NCBI GenBank assembly: GCA_964392445.1
Contig: CAYMPD010000001.1
Location: 1 to 64,000, forward strand
Reading direction: 5' to 3'
DNA length: 64,000 nt
Source: an uncultured archaeon
Lineage (GTDB): Archaea > Aenigmatarchaeota > Aenigmatarchaeia > CG10238-14
The translations under genes were made by a program, and so were the position numbers. The notes beneath the pieces are model-generated. The model saw only the letters and a program-made list of their open reading frames with translations, had not been told where the DNA came from and did not search any database. Of this stretch, positions 22,167 through 32,341 are shown piece by piece (within the stretch, counting starts at the first letter, position 1; each line of letters begins with the position of its first letter).

Positions 22167-24533
22167 CTAATTAACTCTCTGAACTTTTGTAACGTCTCCA
22201 CTTGATCTATGTCTGGACAATTTGTAAAGGTTACCAGTCACTGCATTTTCTAATCTTTTCTCATGTGTAATCAAGAATAATTGATCAGTAAAATTATCAA
22301 CCCTAGTTCTTAAAGTTTCAGATAAATCCTCTATAGCACGGGAATCTAGATTATGAGTGGGTTCATCTAAAACCAACCATTTGAGTTGTGGTGCAAGTAC
22401 ATTTGAAAATGCTACTCGAAGAACCAATGATGCTATTGACCTCTCTCCTCCAGAAACAATTCCTTCAACATCAATCCATTCACCATCTTCTCTTTGAACT
22501 TGTAAAACATAATCACCCTCCCTAATAGTCAACCTAGAACTGACAAAATCTTCGTAAGGATAAATATTTGACCAGATTTGATCCATAGTATAATTAACGG
22601 TATCAATGAAATTTTCTCGAAGTTGTGATTGGGTTTTCTCTAAGGATTTTTCGAATACTTTTAGATCCTTAATTAACTTTTCTAATTTTTCAATCTCTTG
22701 CTTTTGTTTTTCCATTGATTTGATTTTTTCCTTGTATTCTTCTTTTCTTTGATTTTTCTCTTCAATAACATCTGTTAAACCTTTGACCCTTGTCGCGAGC
22801 TCAGAGATTCTAGAAACTAAATTTGTAAACTCTTCTCGGACTTTTTTAATGTTTTTTCCTTCAAATTTTTTGGAATATTTTGATATTTTTTCTTCTAGTT
22901 TTTCTAGATCTTCTTTTAGATCTCTATTTTTTATTTTTTTCTCGTGAATGTCTTTCATCTTCTCAATCAATGACTCTAATTCTTGTTTATTTTTCTTTGA
23001 TTTTTCTAATTTTTCTTCAATTTCCGAAATTTCATTCTTTGTTTTCTTATACTTCTCTTTTTTTCTTGAAATAATCTCTAAATAAGCTTCGTGTTCCTTT
23101 AATTTTTCTTCTAATTCCTTTTTGCTTTTAGCAAGACCCTTTACTTTTTCTGAATATATTTCAAAATCTCTAGAAACCTTTTCCAGATCACTAACTCTTT
23201 CCTTTCTATTTTCTATTTTTTCCTTATTTTTATCTAAATCTTGGTTAAAAGACTTGATTCTGGCTTCAAAATCTTCTATTAAGTTTTCCTTCTTTTTCTT
23301 GGAAATATCAGATTCACAAGTAGGACATTTCCCTTCAATTCCAGAAATTTTAGTTAGGGGTTCTCTTGTCTGCGATATTTTTGTTTGGAGTTCGGTTATG
23401 GTTTTTTGTATATTCTCTAGATTTTTTCTTTCTTTTTTCAAGATTTCATTTGGTTTATCTCCAAAATCTTTCTTGATTTTAACGAGTTTTTCTTTTATCT
23501 CATTTTTTTCTTTGATATTATCTTTAAGTTCTATTATTTCCTTTTTAAGGAAATCTAGCTTTGTTTCTTTTTCAGAAATTTCTTTTGTTAATTTTTCGTA
23601 GGTCTCTCTATTTTCTTTTAACACTTCTTCATATTTTTTAACAAATTTTGTTATGTCCCTCAATTCCTGTTTATAAATATCTAATTTCTTATCCTTCAAT
23701 AATTCCTGATATTTATCAATTGACTCTTGGATCTCTTTCATCGAACCCTTTATGGAATTCTTTTTTTCCTTTAAGGAATCTAATTTATTTTCTAAATCCT
23801 CAAATTCTCTGATGTCTTTTTTTAATTTTTCCTTTCTAAGCTTCTTAGTTTCTAATTCCTCCGAAAGTTTGGTTTTTGTTTTATTCAAACTTTCTAGGCT
23901 ATATTCAATATCTTCAAGAGATTTTTTTAATTCCTTGGTACTATCTAAATCTACAACAGACTCCTTTGCTGTCTTTCTTTCGATTATTCTGTTTCTCAAA
24001 GTTACCGTACTTGAACGTGCCTCCTCGAATCTATCGATCATAAGTAGATTATCTATTCTTCTCATTCTTTCTCCACGCGGAAGTCTCAGAAAATAATCCA
24101 ATCCATTTTGTTCAGAATAAATCGCACGGGAAAAAAGCTCGTAATCTATCTTCAGAAGTTTTGTAACCAACTCAGTGACCCTTTGAGAATTGGGTGAGTC
24201 TAATAATTTATCACCTTCTCTAATCTCAGAATAAGTAGTCCCCTTATCTCTTTCTATTACCCTCATTACTGAGTAAGTTTTATCACCAACAGTAAAATCA
24301 ACCGTCACTTGAGCTTCATTTTTAACCGAGGGTTTGTTCATTATTATGTCGTCGAGTTTTATCTTCCGAGATTGAATATCAGGAAACGTTCCAAACAAAC
24401 CAAAGCAAACTGCATTCATGACTGACGACTTCCCACTCCCCATCGGCCCCAACAAAGCATTTGTACCTCTATCGAATTCCAATGTTGACTCTGAATGAGA
24501 CCTCCAATTTTTCAAATGAATTTTGTCGATCAT
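22167..24533 (-). CDS. rad50: Rad50 ATPase
   Basis: Walker A GPMGSGKSS, coiled coils, zinc hook CPTC, signature SGGE, LDEPTHNLD, ITH. Confidence 0.95.
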   Translation of the reverse strand: MIDKIHLKNWRSHSESTLEFDRGTNALLGPMGSGKSSVMNAVCFGLFGTFPDIQSRKIKLDDIIMNKPSVKNEAQVTVDFTVGDKTYSVMRVIERDKGTTYSEIREGDKLLDSPNSQRVTELVTKLLKIDYELFSRAIYSEQNGLDYFLRLPRGERMRRIDNLLMIDRFEEARSSTVTLRNRIIERKTAKESVVDLDSTKELKKSLEDIEYSLESLNKTKTKLSEELETKKLRKEKLKKDIREFEDLENKLDSLKEKKNSIKGSMKEIQESIDKYQELLKDKKLDIYKQELRDITKFVKKYEEVLKENRETYEKLTKEISEKETKLDFLKKEIIELKDNIKEKNEIKEKLVKIKKDFGDKPNEILKKERKNLENIQKTITELQTKISQTREPLTKISGIEGKCPTCESDISKKKKENLIEDFEARIKSFNQDLDKNKEKIENRKERVSDLEKVSRDFEIYSEKVKGLAKSKKELEEKLKEHEAYLEIISRKKEKYKKTKNEISEIEEKLEKSKKNKQELESLIEKMKDIHEKKIKNRDLKEDLEKLEEKISKYSKKFEGKNIKKVREEFTNLVSRISELATRVKGLTDVIEEKNQRKEEYKEKIKSMEKQKQEIEKLEKLIKDLKVFEKSLEKTQSQLRENFIDTVNYTMDQIWSNIYPYEDFVSSRLTIREGDYVLQVQREDGEWIDVEGIVSGGERSIASLVLRVAFSNVLAPQLKWLVLDEPTHNLDSRAIEDLSETLRTRVDNFTDQLFLITHEKRLENAVTGNLYKLSRHRSSGDVTKVQRVN

Positions 24534-25769
24534 TTAACCACCAAATTGTTTCAAGGTCTGTTGCTTCTTGGTAATAATATTGTATGCTCTCTCAGTCTGA
24601 CCATCAGATAAAAGTTTGAACAAATCTTCAGGATCAAATTCTTCCTTGAATTTTAACTTATTCAGATTTTCTTTTAGTATCTTCATTCCCATTTCTTCTA
24701 TTGATAATTTTTCTTCTCTCATTTTTTTCAAGAAATCTAGTTTTTTTTCCATTTCCTCTGATTCTAATTTTTTCTGAAATTTCAGTATACATTTTTTATA
24801 ATATTTCTTCTCAATATCTTTCAGATCTTTATCTATCAATTTTGTTTTCTTACCAGTTATTTTGAATTTTATCAAAGGTCTTTTGTTGTATTCTTTTTTA
24901 AGGATTCTTTCTAGTTCACTTTCTAATCTTGTTTTAAGTGATGAGTCGTCCAAATTAACTTCTTTATAGATAAACTTCCTGTTATTTTTCAGTTTAACAA
25001 AATCGAATTTTTTCTCGGGTAATTTCAGCTTATAAAATCCTCTTGGAACTTTCGCCTCTTCTTCCTTTAGTTGAGTAACAATTGTACTTCCAGGAATGAT
25101 GAAATCTGAATCTCCAATTTTAGTCTTTTCGTAATTGTGAATATGTCCGTTAATTATTAAATCAAACCCCTCAGGAAGATTAGACATATTAAGCGTGGGA
25201 GGATCTAAAGGAGAATAAACATAAGGTTCAACACTTTGATGAAACATAAGAATATTATAACATCCTTTAACAGGTTTAGGATTCCATTTATCCATGACTT
25301 TTTTAGCATATCTTTCTGGTACCCCTGACATTCCTTGAATCGCAACTTTTTTACCATCCTTCTCAAGAACTACACCATTGCAATGAAGATGTATCAGGAA
25401 TCCGGCTTCTTCAAGAGCTTGTATCGCGTTAACTTGATCTCTTCCTCTTCTCTCGTGTGTACCGTGCAGAGCAACTACTGGTGTACCTGTAAGTGTTCTA
25501 TGGGATATTTCTTTGACATCTTTGTCTATTGTTTTTACTAATTTTACCTCCTTGTCCTCGGATAAAAGTGGTGCTGATAGAGTTTCTAAGGCTTTATCCC
25601 AGACTTCGGTGTTGGGTATTCGAGAATCAAAGATGTCCCCTATTATTAGGATGAAATCACAGTCCCTTGATTTTTCCAAAGCTTCCTTTGCATTGTCAAA
25701 ACTATCATTTTCTAGTTTACTATTCCAAGCATAACCAAAATGTAAATCTGAAAGGATCGCTATCTTCAT
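24534..25769 (-). CDS. mre11: Mre11 nuclease
   Basis: SDLHFG, GDIFD, GTHE (variant of GNHD), MFHQ, GHIH; directly upstream of rad50. Confidence 0.92.
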   Translation of the reverse strand: MKIAILSDLHFGYAWNSKLENDSFDNAKEALEKSRDCDFILIIGDIFDSRIPNTEVWDKALETLSAPLLSEDKEVKLVKTIDKDVKEISHRTLTGTPVVALHGTHERRGRDQVNAIQALEEAGFLIHLHCNGVVLEKDGKKVAIQGMSGVPERYAKKVMDKWNPKPVKGCYNILMFHQSVEPYVYSPLDPPTLNMSNLPEGFDLIINGHIHNYEKTKIGDSDFIIPGSTIVTQLKEEEAKVPRGFYKLKLPEKKFDFVKLKNNRKFIYKEVNLDDSSLKTRLESELERILKKEYNKRPLIKFKITGKKTKLIDKDLKDIEKKYYKKCILKFQKKLESEEMEKKLDFLKKMREEKLSIEEMGMKILKENLNKLKFKEEFDPEDLFKLLSDGQTERAYNIITKKQQTLKQFGG

Positions 25770-25879
25770 GGTATAGATATGGTTGTTAAATTATTTGTAT
25801 GATTTAATGAAAATCCTAATTTCTGTAAAAATTCAAAATAACGAAACATTTAATACGTAAATATAGATATATTGATTGT

Positions 25880-27124
25880 ATGAGTGGGAAGTATTTAACA
25901 ATCGGAATAATTGTACTAATTTTTGCTGGATTAGTAGTATTTTTTTATGATTACACAACAAAGTCAAAAAAACCTTTAGATGATAGTAAAATTACTACTG
26001 AAGGTTTATCTGATGTTGTCGAAGCAAACAATAGATTTGCCCTTGACCTCTACTCAGAATACAAATCAGAAGAAGCAAATATCTTTTTTTCTCCTTATAG
26101 TATTTCAACAGCTTTAGCAATGACTTATGAAGGAGCAAGAGGGAAAACCGCAGAAGAGATCGAATCTGTCTTCTATTTTCCGGAAAACGAAGAAATAAGG
26201 CGATCGGCTTTTGCTAAAATTTACAATGATATTAACAAAAGAAATAAAAAGTACAAATTATCAACTGCAAATTCTCTATGGCCAAGAATAGATTTCAATC
26301 TGTTAGAAGAATATCAAGACACAATAGAAAACTATTATGGAGGAAAAGTTTTACCCTTAGATTATGCAAAAGAACCTGAAAAATCCAGAAAAACTATTAA
26401 TAATTGGATTGAAGACGAGACTGAAAACAAAATCAAAGATTTAATTCCAAAGGGACTTTTAAACAGTGGTACGGTTTTGGTGCTAACAAACGCGATATAT
26501 TTCAAAGGTACCTGGATAATGCAATTTGATAAAAAAGATACAAGAGAAGAAACATTTACCACGGGTTCAAAAGAAATTGTACAAGTTTCAATGATGCGAT
26601 TAACAGGAGATGATGCAAATTTCAATTATACTGAAACCGAAAATCTCCAGTTGCTTGAACTTCCCTATGAAGGAGGGGATCTATCAATGCTAATTCTCTT
26701 ACCCAAAAATGATCTAAGTGCATTAGAAACCAGTTTAACAGTAGAAAAAATTGATGAACTTAGAAAAGATATGAGAAGAACGAGAGTTGATATTTATATC
26801 CCAAAATTTAAGTTTGAAACCAAATACTTTATGGAAGATACTTTAGCTGATATGGGTATGCCAAACGCTTTTAGCGGGGGTGCTGATTTTTCAGGAATTA
26901 ATGGTGCCGGAGGAATATGGATTGATAAAGTTATACATCAAGCGTTTGTTGAAGTAAATGAAGAAGGAACAGAAGCTGCTGCTGCAACAGCCGTAATCAT
27001 GAAAGAGTCCGCCCCGATGCACAAAATATTCAGAGCAGATCGTCCTTTTATCTTCCTTATACAACAGAAAGATTCTGGAAATATTCTATTTATGGGAAGA
27101 GTGAGTGATCCAACTCAAGAGTAA
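25880..27124 (+). CDS. Serpin with N-terminal membrane anchor/signal
   Basis: NIFFSPYSIS, NAIYFKGTW, IPKFK, hinge VNEEGTEAAAATAV, FRADRPFIFLI, ILFMGRVSDP; N-terminal hydrophobic helix. Confidence 0.96.
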   Translation: MSGKYLTIGIIVLIFAGLVVFFYDYTTKSKKPLDDSKITTEGLSDVVEANNRFALDLYSEYKSEEANIFFSPYSISTALAMTYEGARGKTAEEIESVFYFPENEEIRRSAFAKIYNDINKRNKKYKLSTANSLWPRIDFNLLEEYQDTIENYYGGKVLPLDYAKEPEKSRKTINNWIEDETENKIKDLIPKGLLNSGTVLVLTNAIYFKGTWIMQFDKKDTREETFTTGSKEIVQVSMMRLTGDDANFNYTETENLQLLELPYEGGDLSMLILLPKNDLSALETSLTVEKIDELRKDMRRTRVDIYIPKFKFETKYFMEDTLADMGMPNAFSGGADFSGINGAGGIWIDKVIHQAFVEVNEEGTEAAAATAVIMKESAPMHKIFRADRPFIFLIQQKDSGNILFMGRVSDPTQE

Positions 27125-27267
27125 AATTTATGTCCAAGAAACGGGTTTAAAAGTAACTTATATAAATCTAACCCTCAATAATCTAGTAAAGTGAGAAATA
27201 TGGGTGAATGTTTTCCACTCGGTTAAGTCTTTAATTTTATCTAGTTCTAATTATATTCTATTACTAA

Positions 27268-27342
27268 GGGGGAATGGTCTAGTTTGGTCTAAGATTCCTG
27301 GTTTGGGACCAGGTGGCCTGGGTTCAAATCCCGGTTCCCCCA
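27268..27342 (+). tRNA. tRNA-Pro(TGG), no intron
   Basis: Acceptor GGGGGAA/TTCCCCC, anticodon arm CCTGG-TTTGGGA-CCAGG, T-loop TTCAAAT. Confidence 0.95.
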
Positions 27343-27347
27343 TAAAT

Positions 27348-27354
27348 GAGGTGA
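27348..27354 (+). promoter_or_regulatory. Shine-Dalgarno GAGGTGA of proS
   Basis: GAGGTGA ends 4 nt before ATG 27359; the same motif precedes several other genes. Confidence 0.75.
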
Positions 27355-27358
27355 AAAA

Positions 27359-28795
27359 ATGTCAGAAGAAATGGGAATAATTGTTAAAAAAGATGATGAT
27401 TTTTCAGAATGGTATACACAGGTAGTTCTAAAATCAGAATTAGCTGATTATGCTCCAGTCAAAGGTTTTGTGGTATTCAGACCTTATAGTTATTCAATTT
27501 GGGAGAACATAAAGGAGTTTTTTGATAAAAAAATAAAGAAATTAGGCCATAAAAACGCTTACTTCCCTTGTTTATTCCCGGAAAATTTTCTCAAAAAGGA
27601 AGCTGAACACTTCGAAGGCTTCGCACCAGAAACTTTCATAGTTACAAAAAGTGGTAATAACGAATTAAGTGAACCACTTGTAGTTAGACCTACATCCGAA
27701 ACAATAATGTATCATTCTTATGCCAAATGGGTAAGAAGTTGGAGAGATTTACCAATATTGATCAACCAATGGAACTCGGTTTTAAGGGCGGAGATAAAAG
27801 ATACTAAGCCTTTCATAAGAACCAGTGAATTCCTCTGGCAGGAAGGTCACACCGTTCACGAAACCAAAGGAGAAGCAGACGAAGAAGTAATGACAATATT
27901 AATGATTTACAAAGAATTAATGGAAAAATATCTAGCTATACCTGTACTTGCGGGTAGAAAATCAGAGTTAGAAAAATTTGCGGGGGCTTTTTACACGACT
28001 ACCTTAGAAGCATTAATGCCTGATGGTAAAGCACTTCAAATGGGAACTTCACATAATCTAGGTCAAAACTTTGCTAAAGCATTCGGTATAAAATTCCTAG
28101 ATCAGAACAGTGAAGAAAAATATCCATGGCAAACTTCATGGGGACTAAGTACAAGAACCATAGGGGCATTAATAATGGTTCATGGGGATAACAGAGGGCT
28201 TGTATTACCCCCTAAAATCGCACCAATTCAAATAGTAATAGTTCCGATAAATTTCCATGAAAATAAAGAAATTTTAGAAAAAGCCAAAGATATTAGACAA
28301 AGTTTAAAGAAAAGAGGTTATAATGTAGAGTTAGACGACAGAGAAGAGTACACACCTGGATGGAAGTTTAATCAATGGGAACTTAAAGGTGTACCAATAA
28401 GGATAGAGATAGGTCCAAGGGATATTGAAGACAATCAAGTAGTTCTAGTAAGGAGGGATACTCTGGAAAAGAATGAAATAAAAATAAAAAATCTAGAAGA
28501 AAAAATAACCAATCTATTAGACCAGATACAGGAAAATTTATTCAATAGAGCCAAAAAATATCTTCAAGATAATACAAGAGAAGCTAAAGATAAAGAAGAA
28601 TTCAAAAAAATAATAGAAGAAAATAGGGGTTTTGTTAAAATTAACTGGTGTGGCACTGAATTTTGTGAAGAAATGATAAAAGATGAAACAGGAGCAACAT
28701 CTAGACTTATTCCATTTAAAAGTGAGGTCAAAGGTAAATGTGCTTACTGTGGTGAAGATGCGAAATTTGAAGCCTATTTTGCCAAAGCCTACTAG
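27359..28795 (+). CDS. proS: Prolyl-tRNA synthetase (archaeal/eukaryotic type)
   Basis: FSEWY, RPTSET, PFIRTSEFLWQEGHT, QMGTSHNLGQNF, SWGLSTR; C-terminal Cys zinc motif ending AKAY. Confidence 0.97.
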   Translation: MSEEMGIIVKKDDDFSEWYTQVVLKSELADYAPVKGFVVFRPYSYSIWENIKEFFDKKIKKLGHKNAYFPCLFPENFLKKEAEHFEGFAPETFIVTKSGNNELSEPLVVRPTSETIMYHSYAKWVRSWRDLPILINQWNSVLRAEIKDTKPFIRTSEFLWQEGHTVHETKGEADEEVMTILMIYKELMEKYLAIPVLAGRKSELEKFAGAFYTTTLEALMPDGKALQMGTSHNLGQNFAKAFGIKFLDQNSEEKYPWQTSWGLSTRTIGALIMVHGDNRGLVLPPKIAPIQIVIVPINFHENKEILEKAKDIRQSLKKRGYNVELDDREEYTPGWKFNQWELKGVPIRIEIGPRDIEDNQVVLVRRDTLEKNEIKIKNLEEKITNLLDQIQENLFNRAKKYLQDNTREAKDKEEFKKIIEENRGFVKINWCGTEFCEEMIKDETGATSRLIPFKSEVKGKCAYCGEDAKFEAYFAKAY

Positions 28796-28859
28796 CGAAA
28801 TTAATTTAAATGCTTACATGTGTAAATTATGTATTGAAAAGAAGTTCTGAGGTGTTTTC

Positions 28860-29501
28860 TTGAATAAAATGGAACAAGGTATAAAATCTGGAACAACTAC
28901 GACAGGTTTAATTTGTCGAGATGGTGTTGTATTAGCAGCAGAAAGAAAAGCGACTATGGGATACATGGTAGCTTCAAAAGAGGATTTAAAAATAGTAAAA
29001 ATAGCTCCCCACATTGGAATGACACAAGCAGGAATGGTAGGAGATTTACAAGCATTAGGGAGATACTTGAAGGCAGAGACAAAATTATATGAACTAAAAA
29101 ACAAAAAAAGAATAAAAGTAAAATCTGCAGCATCTTTGATGGCAAATATTCTTTATAGTGGAAGATGGAGTTTCTTTCCCTATATGATTCAGGTTATTCT
29201 AGCAGGTTATGATGAAGAAGGATCGCACCTATTCGTGCTCCATCCAGATGGATCCAAACTAGAAGAAAAGAAATTCTTCTCAACAGGATCGGGTTCACCT
29301 TTCGCTTTTGGTGTTCTTGAAAATGATTACAAGGAAGGTTTGACAGTGGAAGAAGGAATGAAAGTAGCTTTAAAAGCAATAAAAGCAGCAGTAGAAAGAG
29401 ACATAGCATCTGGTGGAAAGGGAATTAATCTTGCTGTAATAAATGAGAAAGGTTTTAGACTTTTAGAGGATTCTGAAGTTGAAGAACTAGCTAAAGATTA
29501 A
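28860..29501 (+). CDS. psmB: Proteasome beta subunit
   Basis: Propeptide followed by G|TTT, AAERKAT, GSGS; upstream of aCPSF1 (conserved archaeal synteny). Confidence 0.95.
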   Translation: MNKMEQGIKSGTTTTGLICRDGVVLAAERKATMGYMVASKEDLKIVKIAPHIGMTQAGMVGDLQALGRYLKAETKLYELKNKKRIKVKSAASLMANILYSGRWSFFPYMIQVILAGYDEEGSHLFVLHPDGSKLEEKKFFSTGSGSPFAFGVLENDYKEGLTVEEGMKVALKAIKAAVERDIASGGKGINLAVINEKGFRLLEDSEVEELAKD

Positions 29502-29518
29502 GATCTCATTCCTACTGA

Positions 29519-31393
29519 GTGAGAATTATGGAAATAATTGAAAAAGTTAAAGATAGTTTACCTGAAGGTGTAGTAGATAGGGTAGATTTGGAAGGGTGTG
29601 AGATAGTAATATACACCAAAGATAAATTCTTCTTCTTAGATGCTGCCAATCAGGTAAGGGATACTGTTAGTCAACTCAAGAAAAGAGTAGAAGTAAGACC
29701 TGACAATAGCCTAAGTCTAGATGAAGAAGAAACAAAGAAAAAGATAAAGGAAATTATACCCGAAGATGCTGGTATCAAGGAAATAAGATTCCAGTCAGAC
29801 AGGAGTATAGTAATCATTAACGCAGAAAAACCAGGCCTAGTGATAGGAAGGGGCGGAGAATCTTTTAAACAAATAAAACAAGAAACACTTTGGGTACCTA
29901 GAATAGAAAGGACCCCAGAGATTAAATCCAAGGTTGTAAAATCAATTCGGCAATTATTACACACGGAAACTTCATGGAGAAAAAAGTTCCTGAGAAAAGT
30001 TGGTGAGAATATATTTTCTGATAAGGAAACTAACAGAGATTGGGTTAGATTAACTTGTTTAGGTGGATACAGGGAAGTGGGGAGATCTTGTACTCTAATA
30101 GAAACACCTAAATCCAAAATTATTATGGATTGCGGGGTTAAGGTGGGTAGTTCGAATAGTGGTGCTTATCCTTATCTTCAAGCTAAAGAATTTGATCCTA
30201 ATGAATTGGATGCTGTAGTTGTTGGGCATTCACATCTTGATCATGTTGGTATGGTCCCTTATTTGTATGAGTATGGCTTTGAAGGACCTGTTTATTTAAC
30301 TCCACCAGCTTTAGATTTAGCAACAATGCTTTGTCTTGATTATATAGATGTAATGAGAAAAAATGGAGAGCAACCACCTTTCACCGCAAAGGGAGTAAAA
30401 GAGATGGTTAAACACTCGATACTGTTGGATTATAATGAAGTTTCAGATGTAGGTCCAGACGTTAGGTTGACTTTTCAACAAGCCGGTCATTTACTTGGAT
30501 CTTCGATTGTGCATCTTCACGTGGGTCAAGGTTTGCATAACATAGTTTATACAGGGGACATTAAATTCTGTCCGACAAGATTATTCGATCCTGCGTTCAC
30601 GAACTTCCAAAGAATAGAAACACTAATTATTGAATCCACATATGGTAACCCAAACGATAAGATGCCATCAAGAAAGGAATCAGAAAGACATTTACTTGAG
30701 ACAGTCAACAAAACAATTGAGAGAAAAGGTAAAGTAATAATTCCCAGTTTTGGTGTAGGGAGAGGTCAAGAGGTCATGTGTCTTTTATCTGAAAGTGGAT
30801 TTGAAAATCCAATTTATATTGACGGAATGATATGGGATGCAACTGCAATACATACGGCCTATCCCGAATATCTCTCAAGAAAACTAGAAAGGAAAATATT
30901 CCAAGGCGACAATCCATTTATGAGTGATATATTCAAAAAATTGACGACTTCAGACGAGAGAAAAAAAGCTTGGGAAGATGAACCTTGTGTAATATTATCA
31001 ACAAGCGGCATGTTAACTGGTGGCCCAGTTATGGAGCACATAAAAGCTTTAGGTGAAGATTCCAAGAATACTCTCATTTTTGTAGGTTATCAGGGAGAAG
31101 GTACACTTGGAAGAAGAATTCAAAAAGGTTGGAAAGAAATTCCCGTTAATGTTAATGGTAAAAAGATTAGTATGAAATTAGAATTAGAAGTTGAAACCGT
31201 GACAGGATTATCGGGTCACTCTGATAGAAATCAGTTATTAAACTTTGTTAGTAAATTAAAGTCCAAACCCGAAAGAATAATAACTTGTCATGGGGATAAT
31301 ACTACCCCTTTAAATCTTGCTAGAGGGTTACATAAAATATTCAGATTAGAAACAATTGCACCTCAAAATTTAGAAACTATCAGACTAAGATAA
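29519..31393 (+). CDS. fttA: aCPSF1 / FttA beta-CASP ribonuclease with KH domains (transcription termination factor)
   Basis: KH KPGLVIG, LGGYREVGRS, HSHLDH, AGHLLGS, ESTYG, SGHSD. Confidence 0.93.
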   Translation: MRIMEIIEKVKDSLPEGVVDRVDLEGCEIVIYTKDKFFFLDAANQVRDTVSQLKKRVEVRPDNSLSLDEEETKKKIKEIIPEDAGIKEIRFQSDRSIVIINAEKPGLVIGRGGESFKQIKQETLWVPRIERTPEIKSKVVKSIRQLLHTETSWRKKFLRKVGENIFSDKETNRDWVRLTCLGGYREVGRSCTLIETPKSKIIMDCGVKVGSSNSGAYPYLQAKEFDPNELDAVVVGHSHLDHVGMVPYLYEYGFEGPVYLTPPALDLATMLCLDYIDVMRKNGEQPPFTAKGVKEMVKHSILLDYNEVSDVGPDVRLTFQQAGHLLGSSIVHLHVGQGLHNIVYTGDIKFCPTRLFDPAFTNFQRIETLIIESTYGNPNDKMPSRKESERHLLETVNKTIERKGKVIIPSFGVGRGQEVMCLLSESGFENPIYIDGMIWDATAIHTAYPEYLSRKLERKIFQGDNPFMSDIFKKLTTSDERKKAWEDEPCVILSTSGMLTGGPVMEHIKALGEDSKNTLIFVGYQGEGTLGRRIQKGWKEIPVNVNGKKISMKLELEVETVTGLSGHSDRNQLLNFVSKLKSKPERIITCHGDNTTPLNLARGLHKIFRLETIAPQNLETIRLR

Positions 31394-31810
31394 TCAGTAA
31401 GGATAACCTAACCCTAACGTAAAACTATAAACATAAAATGTTTCATCAACCACAACCACATCAACCATAGTCTCTTTTTTTGCTTCAGTGAAATAAGGTG
31501 TATCACAACTTACCTCATTCCCATCTATATTGCTAACCTCTTTCCACCATATGTAGGGCTCACTTGAATATTCAGCTGAAAAAATATTATTCATAAAAGT
31601 CTCAAAGTCGCTCCCCTGACAAGAAGCAGTAGCATAATCGTAAGTCTTGTTAAGTCTGTCCGTTGTAGTTAAAGTATCCTTTACAGATATATCAAGAAGC
31701 TCAGAACTCCATTTTGTTTTTATTGAATATTGGGGGAAAAAGTGAGTAAATGCCAGTAAAAGTATTACCCCTGTAATTAAAAGTTCGAGTATACTAACAA
31801 TTCCCTTCAT
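31394..31810 (-). CDS. Minor pilin-like protein (class III signal peptide)
   Basis: MKG|IVSILELLITGVILLL. Confidence 0.8.
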   Translation of the reverse strand: MKGIVSILELLITGVILLLAFTHFFPQYSIKTKWSSELLDISVKDTLTTTDRLNKTYDYATASCQGSDFETFMNNIFSAEYSSEPYIWWKEVSNIDGNEVSCDTPYFTEAKKETMVDVVVVDETFYVYSFTLGLGYPY

Positions 31811-31813
31811 TTT

Positions 31814-32341
31814 TCACACCTCAATTATCAACTCGCTATAATTTATGGATCCCGTAGTATCGTCATAAAAAGATGTTATTCGCCTAACGGTAGCAGTTAT
31901 TTCTGTTTTTTTGATTAAAGCTGATGGGGGGGTGCAATTCAGTAAATTAGTTCTGATACCATTAATTTCATTTATACTATAAAAGTAGATTGAGAAAGGT
32001 TCATCAAATGCTAGTTTATCTTGTACATCCAAATACCCAGACGAGCATAAATTATCAAGATCTTCTATTTTCTCTAAGGACACTAAATTGGTTTTATTTT
32101 CTCCTTCATAAGACAATCCTATTCTTTCCACGGGATTCCCAGGTTCATTCCAATTAGCCAGATGCCCGTTATCATTCAACAACAATTCAGATAATTGAAA
32201 GGCTCTGGATCTACTATCTTCTTTGTCTATTTGTGTGATAAATTGAGGTATATTAGATGTATATTGTAAATAGATGAATACTATAAGTCCTATAAAAGCT
32301 GCAAAAGTTATCATATACTCTATTGTAAGTTGTCCTTTCAA
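31814..32341 (-). CDS. Minor pilin-like protein (class III signal peptide)
   Basis: MKG|QLTIEYMITF. Confidence 0.82.
   Translation of the reverse strand: MKGQLTIEYMITFAAFIGLIVFIYLQYTSNIPQFITQIDKEDSRSRAFQLSELLLNDNGHLANWNEPGNPVERIGLSYEGENKTNLVSLEKIEDLDNLCSSGYLDVQDKLAFDEPFSIYFYSINEINGIRTNLLNCTPPSALIKKTEITATVRRITSFYDDTTGSINYSELIIEV

Noticed and set aside
27190-27217. Hairpin GTGAGAAATAT-GGGTGA-ATGTTTTCCAC upstream of tRNA-Pro
   Set aside because: It is a single AT-rich stem with a mismatch and no second copy or family features, so chance is plausible.
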